This document shows, piece after piece, positions 56,226-64,000 of a DNA stretch of 64,000 bases; within the stretch, counting starts at the first letter, position 1, and each line of letters opens with the position of its first letter. The stretch covers positions 69,688,001 to 69,752,000 of the forward strand of contig OZ024743.1 in the NCBI GenBank assembly GCA_964016885.1, given 5' to 3'. The position numbers and the translations under genes were made by a program. Source of the DNA: Eledone cirrhosa (Eukaryota). A model generated the notes under the pieces. The model was given only the letters and a program-made list of their open reading frames with translations, ran no database searches and was not told the origin of the DNA.

Positions 56226-56621
56226 CAGTGAACTTTGACCGATTTCTGATGATTATAAGAAGGTATAATGGCAGGCGGGGTGTCGGGGGCGGTTGCGTAT
56301 TGTTTTATTTTATATTTCTACTCACGTGTGTTGTAGTCTACTAATTTACTATAGGGGGTCTCCTCTCGACCCCTTAACACAAACATTGACATGTAATATT
56401 AGTCTTTGTCGTAGTAGTCGTTGTAGTTGTAGCTGGTGTTGTTGCTGCTGTTGTGACTTTTGTTGTTGTTGCCCAGTTGACAAGTGCTATGACAAGTGCT
56501 ACGACGCGACGCTTGTCACTTTATACAAATATATTAAATTAATATGCTCAGTAGTAATGTGTGTAAGTGGGTGTAAATATATGTGTGTTTATAGACGTAC
56601 ACACACACACACACAGCACAT

Positions 56622-56677
<56 letters not shown>

Positions 56678-56682
56678 GTATG

Positions 56683-56809
<127 letters not shown>

Positions 56810-57159
56810 GTATATATATATTTATCTATGTATGTGTGTGTGTATATTGTATGGCGTCTGTTTGGAGACACATAAACACGTGGGAACTGTTTTTTTCTTA
56901 CATTCTACAGGTGGGTCCACATAGTAATCGGCATTTTTTAATTCTGTGCCCCAAATATATATGAGAGAGATTCAATAACTGCTTCAATTCTTTTTACTTC
57001 GGTTGAAACGTTGGCAATTAAAAATGTTACTTAATTTGTAATTAACCCCCCCCCCCCCAAAAAAAAAAAAAACAATAAGATAATCACACCAGCCTATTTC
57101 CTGCAGCCAAGCGGCAGCTCACTTGATTTTGATGTCACAATTCTTGGCCAGTAAATAGT

Positions 57160-57375
57160 TTAACTCTAGCATTTAAACCAGCCATATCCGGCCAGAACTC
57201 TCTCACCTCTTTCAGTTCAAACTGGCCACTCATACTGATGTTAAGGTATTGTTATCAAATTAAACAAGATCAAATTCTAATAGATTCGATATTATGCGAG
57301 ATAATATGTAAGATAAAGCCTTTACCACAAAAATACAATAGTAAATATAGAGTAATGTAAATGCTAGAGGGTTAA
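57160..57375. mobile_element. piggyBac-type MITE (TTAA target)
   Basis: TTAA-CTCTAGCATTT ... AAATGCTAGAGGG-TTAA. Confidence 0.7.
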
Positions 57376-57779
57376 ATGTGCTGAAAATAAAAACAGAATC
57401 AGTCTCATATTTGTCTATTTCGTTTATTTAAAGGTATTTTATCTGTTTAATAAACAGCAAATATATTCAAAGACAATTTAATAATTTAAGTCCCAGAATT
57501 CTAAATAACTCTTTTGGTATAATAGTCGTGAGCCCTTTATCTCATAGACACACTGGCTTGTGAGAGGTAATGTGCACTGTCTTAAGAGATAAACAGACCT
57601 CTGAAACCAGAGAGAACGATGTCAATGTTCCGCTGAAATTGTTGTAAGCCCACTCATTTTAGAAGAAAGGTGAGCATGTCGAAAGTTCCAGAAAACCGAT
57701 ATTCTGAGTAGATGATGCACATGTTATATTATTGAATTCACCAGGAAAATCATAGATAATCGGTGAAGAATTGTTTGTC

Positions 57780-58096
57780 TGAGCCTAGATTTCATGGTGA
57801 TTAACTTCAGAGCAATATTATTGCATTTACCAGTGTCGATGCTAGTATAATCTTAAAGAAAATCTCTGATGTAGTTTAACGACTGTTGCAGGAGTATCAT
57901 ATAATTTTAATAAGGTATTGCAGAAGCAGATACAATTTCTGAAGTAAATGCTGTTAACCACCGTTCGGTTATTAATAATATAAACTCTTTTTACAGTCAC
58001 TCTCCTTAGGACCAATAAGTTTTGGTGAAAGATGTGTGTTGTCACCAATTTGGTTGAAAATGTAAATTCCATAGTGGAGAAGTATATTTCAGAAGT
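57780..58096 (-). mobile_element. Possible ancient hAT transposase C-terminal remnant
   Basis: TLLKLYDTPATVV...RFS weakly resembles the hAT dimerisation motif (L..P.T....ER.FS); highly decayed. Confidence 0.3.
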
Positions 58097-58571
58097 TGTA
58101 ATGTTGCCACGAGGAACCAGGTTTGGTAGAAAGATATGATAGGAATATCGAAAACGACTTTTGCTTGGTTTTACATTATTTATTAACAGAAGTTAAGAAG
58201 TGAGTTAAGTTGGCATGCCGAGAGAAATGAAATAATTCAATTAAGATTACAAGAGATAATACGGTCAACTGGCTGAAGGCGTTTAGCCAGCTCCGTAGGA
58301 ATGTTTTGTCGTTACATATTGTTTGCGCTGGCGGAGCAAAAGAACAAGCGGTGTTTACTTAGCATGGTCAAGCCTGGAAGTCATCTAGCCTGGAAGTCAT
58401 CTAGCCTGGAAGTGGTCTAGCCTGGAAGTGGTGGCGTCCTCAAATCTTTGCGGGCTATTTCTCCCTCACAACGCGTAGGGATACATCCTCTTCTACTGGC
58501 GCTGATTGGCTGAGCTGAGCCAAATCACGCACAGAGAATGTATGTGAGCCCGCGGAATGTAGGTCACTACA
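58097..58571 (-). mobile_element. Solo LTR (Gypsy-like), 475 bp
   Basis: TGTAATG...CACTACA termini, 4-bp TSD AAGT (58093-58096 / 58572-58575), minus-strand CCAAT and AATAAA, internal 4 x 16-bp repeat. Confidence 0.8.
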
Positions 58572-59819
58572 AAGTAATTCAGCAGTGTGCAGTGAAGCTT
58601 TATGAACACATGGAAGACTGTAGGAACTAGATAGGTACCAATCTTCTTCAGAACTGTTTCAGCAATTTGCTATAATTATGCATCGTTTTATTATCATTTC
58701 GTCCATGTTTGCAGTGGCACTGATAAACGTCGATCAAAGCTGCCTTTATGGGACTTCATAAACACCTATCCTAAAAGCAGTTTCTCCTTGAAGTGGCTCT
58801 TATGTACGATATATTATTTCAATTACTTCTCTCTTCAGTCATACAGTAAAGGGATATTACAATAGTTTATGCAGACAAGATAATTCGTTACAACTTACCG
58901 TTTTAAAAAGAAATGAAGGAATGCGAAGGCAAAAAGTATTAGAATCAGAAAATAGGTGATCACACAGTTAACATCGACATTATTTCAATCAATCATGGTC
59001 AAATTTTAAGAAGTTTGATCAACAATATAAAATAACGGTTATTCATAGCAACATGTCACGGCTAAACACTTTTAACTCTATAGCAGACATAATTGCTGAG
59101 GTAAGTATTTTAGACGATAAATGGTCGAGTATAGCACACATAAAATAGATTCACCTCGAAAGATTTTAAAACTGCTATATTAAACAAAATATCGCAGCTA
59201 ACGGAAATTATCTAGATAACTGTTGGTGACATATATTATAAGCTTACATCATTTCTACCCATATTTTAATTTTCTTTTTGTACCAATTATAGATGATGTA
59301 TTTTGTTAATTACTAGATGGTAAGTTAGGATTTTCAGGCAAAGGATGTGACCAACTAACTCGTAATCTGGAAATTAGTCTGAACGTGGAACTGTAAGAAT
59401 ATCTGGGAGTTTTCTGAAAGTCAACAAATAGATATATATTTTAGATGCTAAAGAAATCCTTCCGAGAGTATATTGTTTCTGTAAGCCATCGATAGCTCCA
59501 ACACTTGCATAGATACATACACATATGCGGGAATATATCCGTAGATATATTCATACCTATATATTTATAGAGTTACATACATGGATACATATATATATGC
59601 GTAAATAAATCGGTATGTATATATGCATATCTATATATTTATAGAGATACATACATATAATACAAACGATCACTAAATCTGGAACCTTCACACTCTCGAA
59701 AACATATTTACGACTCAAACAATGAACGATTGCTGAAGGGATGGTGACGTGGTGTTTATCGGACACAAAGAAAATAACAAATACCCAAAATTAAGAAAGA
59801 AAACTCATACATATACACA

Positions 59820-60106
59820 CAGTGTTGGATTTAGATATTGTGGGGCCAAGAGCCCTTCAGGTTGGGGATGGGGTGTGGTGGGTGACTTATATACAAAATA
59901 ATAGAATACACAACAAACATCCTAATTTTAATCAAATTTAGCTTCGCGCAAGTAGTTGGTATTAAATTCAAACATTCTAATCATTCTAAAACTACAAAGC
60001 ACAGCTGAGGGCACAAATAAATTGATACGGTCGTCAGTGGTGGGGTGTCATACTGCAGGGGAACCGGGATAATTGCCCACTTTGCCCTCCATTAAATCCG
60101 GCCCTG
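59820..60106 (+). mobile_element. Non-autonomous DNA transposon (hAT-like MITE)
   Basis: Degenerate left TIR CAGTGTTGGATTTA and right TIR TTAAATCCGGCCCTG; second copy at 35432. Confidence 0.7.
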
Positions 60107-60702
60107 CCTACAAACACATTTAGGCAAATAAGTAGACGAGTGTAAACTAAAAAATGCATAAAATGTGAAACATAAAATATAATTGTCAAAAGTCAAACTG
60201 CTACAAAAGGAAGTCGAAACCGGATTATGTCATTCAGAGATTGTGCCATTATTACACACAGACGGTATTGTATAGCGTTCGTTGGTCTGTGGTGACAAAA
60301 CAATAACTAACACACACCGTCTGTCTGGATTTTCCACTTCATACCTTTTCCCAAAGTGACTCAAACGAATCTGGCATCTGATATTCACTTAACTCTTTCT
60401 CCATTCACAAAGCAATCATTGTTACAAAAAAAAAAAAAAATTATAATAATAACAATAATAAAAATAATAATAAGAAGAAGTTGATTCATGGTTTAAATTT
60501 TATTTCAAATCTAACTCCTACATTCAAATGTTACAAGAATCTTTAAGAAAAGGTATATTATATATCTTATTGCAGGTGTCTTCCATTTCTTCTCTCACCT
60601 CGTCCACTTTCACATCTCATTAGAAATATGTCTTCATATATCCCTCCGTTTTCTTGTTTTTATTTGTCTGAATATATTTTTTCACACACACATACATACT
60701 TA

Positions 60703-60745
<43 letters not shown>

Positions 60746-60972
60746 AAATTCAGGACCACGACAACTGGTTTTTACCGACTCCAATCTGATATATATATAT
60801 CACATATTTTTTTATTTGTTTGACCCGAATTACTTGGTCGTTTCTATGGGTGTGCGGATGACGGTTTAACCATCGTCTCAGTGTGTTTGGCCTGGTTCGT
60901 CAGAATTATTGAACGCTTGCCACACATCTCGCTAATTCCAAAGCCGAAATACGATTCTCGCTAATTTATATT

Positions 60973-61057
<85 letters not shown>

Positions 61058-61104
61058 GGTAAACAGAAATAACAAAACAAACGACACAATTCATGGAAGA
61101 GTTA

Positions 61105-61180
61105 TATTGATTTAACGCGTAAAATAGCAGTAGGAGAGTCTTAATGTCTTGGACATAAGTCTTTCATCAGAAGATAGAGT
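61105..61180 (-). mobile_element. Family-D hammerhead-bearing element, mutated copy
   Basis: Minus strand TCTTCTGATGAAAGACTTATGTCCAAGACATTAAGACTCTCC...GCGTTAAA aligns with 26906-26975. Confidence 0.65.
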
Positions 61181-61571
61181 GAGATATAGAAGATAACTAG
61201 AAAATAAAGAGAGCTAAGAGGAAAGAATGGGAAAAATTGGAAAAAATAATTAGGGAGAAAGACTTCATTATGTGTACAAAAGCAGCCATTATGTGTACAA
61301 AGTGGCCTCACAGCCCTCCCAGGAATAAGAAGGCGAATGGGGAGAAGAAGAAGAAGAAGAAGAAGAAGAAGAAGAAACTATAGATCTTTATTAGCTCCAG
61401 TACTTTGTTAGTAGGAGAAGGCAATAGTTACATTATTTCACTATTTGCATTTTTTTCTACTTACTGAGGGTCATACTACCATTAACACACACACACACGT
61501 ACACCCCCCCCCCACACACACACACTGATTGTGTTTCACTTCAGATTTTATTATCAATCAATAAAATGTTA

Positions 61572-61790
61572 TGGGCGGAGGATTTGTAGTATTGATAGTG
61601 TATCAGACGAAATCATTTGCGGCATTTAATTACTGTTCTTTACGTTCTCGGTTAAACTCCTAGAGAGGTCAACTTTACCTTTCATCGTTCCGAATGTCAA
61701 TAAAATAAATTACCAATCCAGTACTAGAGTCGTTTTAATGGACTTTTCTTTCCCATCAAAATTGCTGACCTCGTTCTTAATTGAAAATGC
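61572..61790 (+). mobile_element. tRNA-derived SINE, diverged
   Basis: GAGGTCAACTTTACCTTTCATC...AATAAAATAAATTACCA. Confidence 0.65.
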
Positions 61791-61949
61791 ATTATCACTT
61801 AGATTATTAGATTGTTCATTATTTAATCATTTAAGTGATTTATTAATGAATTTGTTTGTCAGATGTATTTTGTCGCACCCTGTCACTTTATGGTTGACGA
61901 TTTGTTCTTCATGCAACAGTTTTCTATGTATTCTACGAGTATTGGGTTG

Positions 61950-62690
61950 TGAGAAACAAACAGAGAACACACCGTAATTGTTGGTGACATGGAAATGCCT
62001 GCTGATCACCGATGGGTAAAGAGGGGCTGGGTATTCCGAGTAGAACGTAGGTGTGTTTGATAGGTCGACCAAGAAAAACATCGGAGATGTAGTTAAAGAT
62101 GATATCAGGACGCTGAGATCTTCTTTGAAAGGAAATGACAAATGAAGCCAACAAGAGGGGAAAGGTGTGCGAGAGAGGACCCATCCAACACCGACAAGCG
62201 TGGAAAAACGGATGTAAAAATAGACGATGGTCATGATAATGATAACAAGGATAAGGAAGACGACGAAGACGGTGATGATGGGGATAATGATAATGAAGAT
62301 GAAAATGTCAATGGTGATGACGATGACGTGATGAGGGTCAACGAAAATTGATGGTCACGATAATAAAGTTGATGATGATGACGATGGTGGTGATGGTGAT
62401 GCAGTGATGATGACGTCTACGATGTGGATGACGATGGTGATGATGATGATGATGATGATGATTAAGGTGATGATGACGACTACGATGTGGATGATGATGG
62501 TGATGATGATGGTGATGATAATGTTAATAAAGGTGATGATGAAGTGATGATGACAATAACCAATATGATGATGCTGAAATGATGATGTCCACAACGACAT
62601 CAACAGTGATGAGGATAATGCTAATAATCGTGATGATGATGGTGATGATAGTAAAGGCAATGATAATGAAGATGATGATATATGAGTCAT
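61950..62690 (+). mobile_element. RTE-like LINE 3' end grading into a (GAT)n-rich tract
   Basis: WVKRGWVFRVE...RPRKTS..VVKDDIRTL-like C-terminus followed by GAT-rich low-complexity sequence. Confidence 0.55.
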
Positions 62691-62920
62691 CTTTCATTGT
62701 TTGTTTATCAATGGTTATATCTGTTATGTCTGAACGTCAAAATAATACATTGTTTATGACAATTTATTACTTATCATAGACTGGCGGCTAGGAATCCCAT
62801 TCTGTAGCACACCACCCCAAAACATACATTCCCTCCTTCAGACAAACACACATATTTATATATGTAATTAATTTTATATACAAATATATATATACTTTAT
62901 ATATGTAAATGTATATGTGT

Positions 62921-62972
<52 letters not shown>

Positions 62973-63031
62973 TCACACACACAATCACACACATATATAT
63001 ATATATGTGTGTGTGTATGTGTCTCTGTATA

Positions 63032-63097
<66 letters not shown>

Positions 63098-63161
63098 TAC
63101 ACACATATATATAAGGAGGAATTTGTAGTTTACTAGAAAATTGTGTATAGTATATATACAT

Positions 63162-63323
<162 letters not shown>

Positions 63324-63873
63324 GTGTGTCTGTGTGTATGTATGTGTATGTATACATAGAGAGAAAAAGCGAAACAGAGGGGGGAGCAAAGCTGCACGGG
63401 GGAAAAATTCAAATAAATTGGCCAAACGAACAGTCGCATCTAACTTCCTCATCAAGCAAGCTCTGAGTAATGTAATAGAGTTCATTAAAGTGGTGTTACA
63501 CAATATTGATTCCAGGGTTCAGTACAACTTGAACAACCCGCTGGAAAATCCCCCCCCCCCCCACTTTTTTCCTATGATCACTGCGTTTTTTCGCCTTTTT
63601 TTCCTTACTGTTTAATTTCTTTCTCGCTACCACCACCCCTAATAATTTCTTCAAGTTATTGATGCACTGGAGTTAGACATATTTTCTTTAATGCGTTGCA
63701 ATATCCGTGATCTCCAGCAGACAATTGAAGAAGGGATTGTCCCCCGTTTGTGCTTTACTTTTATTTTCAAATAAGATATATATATATCTTTATATATATA
63801 TATATATGTATACATACACACATACACATACATACTCACAGACACACACACGCACACATTTATATATATAAAA

Positions 63874-63949
63874 TGATATTAAATAAATGGAAACTATATT
63901 TATAAAACCATATTTGTTCTATTATATATATATATAATAGAACAAATAT
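63874..63949 (-). mobile_element. Family-B terminal fragment with a 40-bp palindrome
   Basis: ATAAATGGAAACTATATTTATAAAACCATATTT matches 31206 onward, then ATATTTGTTCTATTA(TA)nTAATAGAACAAATAT. Confidence 0.7.
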
Positions 63950-64000
63950 TCATTCTTATGGGGTCGATAAAATAAAGTACCAGTAAAACACTGGGCAATT

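Noticed and set aside
60820-60905. Minus-strand CTGACGA...GAAAC hammerhead candidate (similarly 25760-25798)
   Set aside because: Stems II and III do not pair convincingly, or GAAA is missing; too degenerate to call

Overview
Eukaryotic (animal) genomic DNA, very AT-rich and saturated with (AT)n/(CA)n/(GA)n microsatellites and short retroposons. The repeat landscape is consistent with a cephalopod mollusc such as Octopus (inference, not verified). No host gene can be confidently called, and almost all short ORFs in the track are microsatellite or minisatellite shadows. The one long real ORF (2589-6050, minus strand) is an apparently intact ORF2 (APE endonuclease, RT, CCHC) of a Tx1/L1-type non-LTR retrotransposon. 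It sits head-to-tail with a second, dead copy, and every visible junction lies in (GATA)n, suggesting a microsatellite-targeting element. The rest of the window holds decayed RTE, CR1, CRE-like, mariner and possible hAT fragments, a solo LTR with a 4-bp TSD, MITEs, many tRNA-derived SINEs and a 6-kb C/A-rich minisatellite block. The most striking unannotated signal is a set of at least 15 short elements, most of them in or next to (TA)n, that carry hammerhead-ribozyme cores (CTGAnGA-stem-GAAA) of the Penelope type. At least 7 of them are fold-back palindromes whose turning point falls at the ribozyme core.
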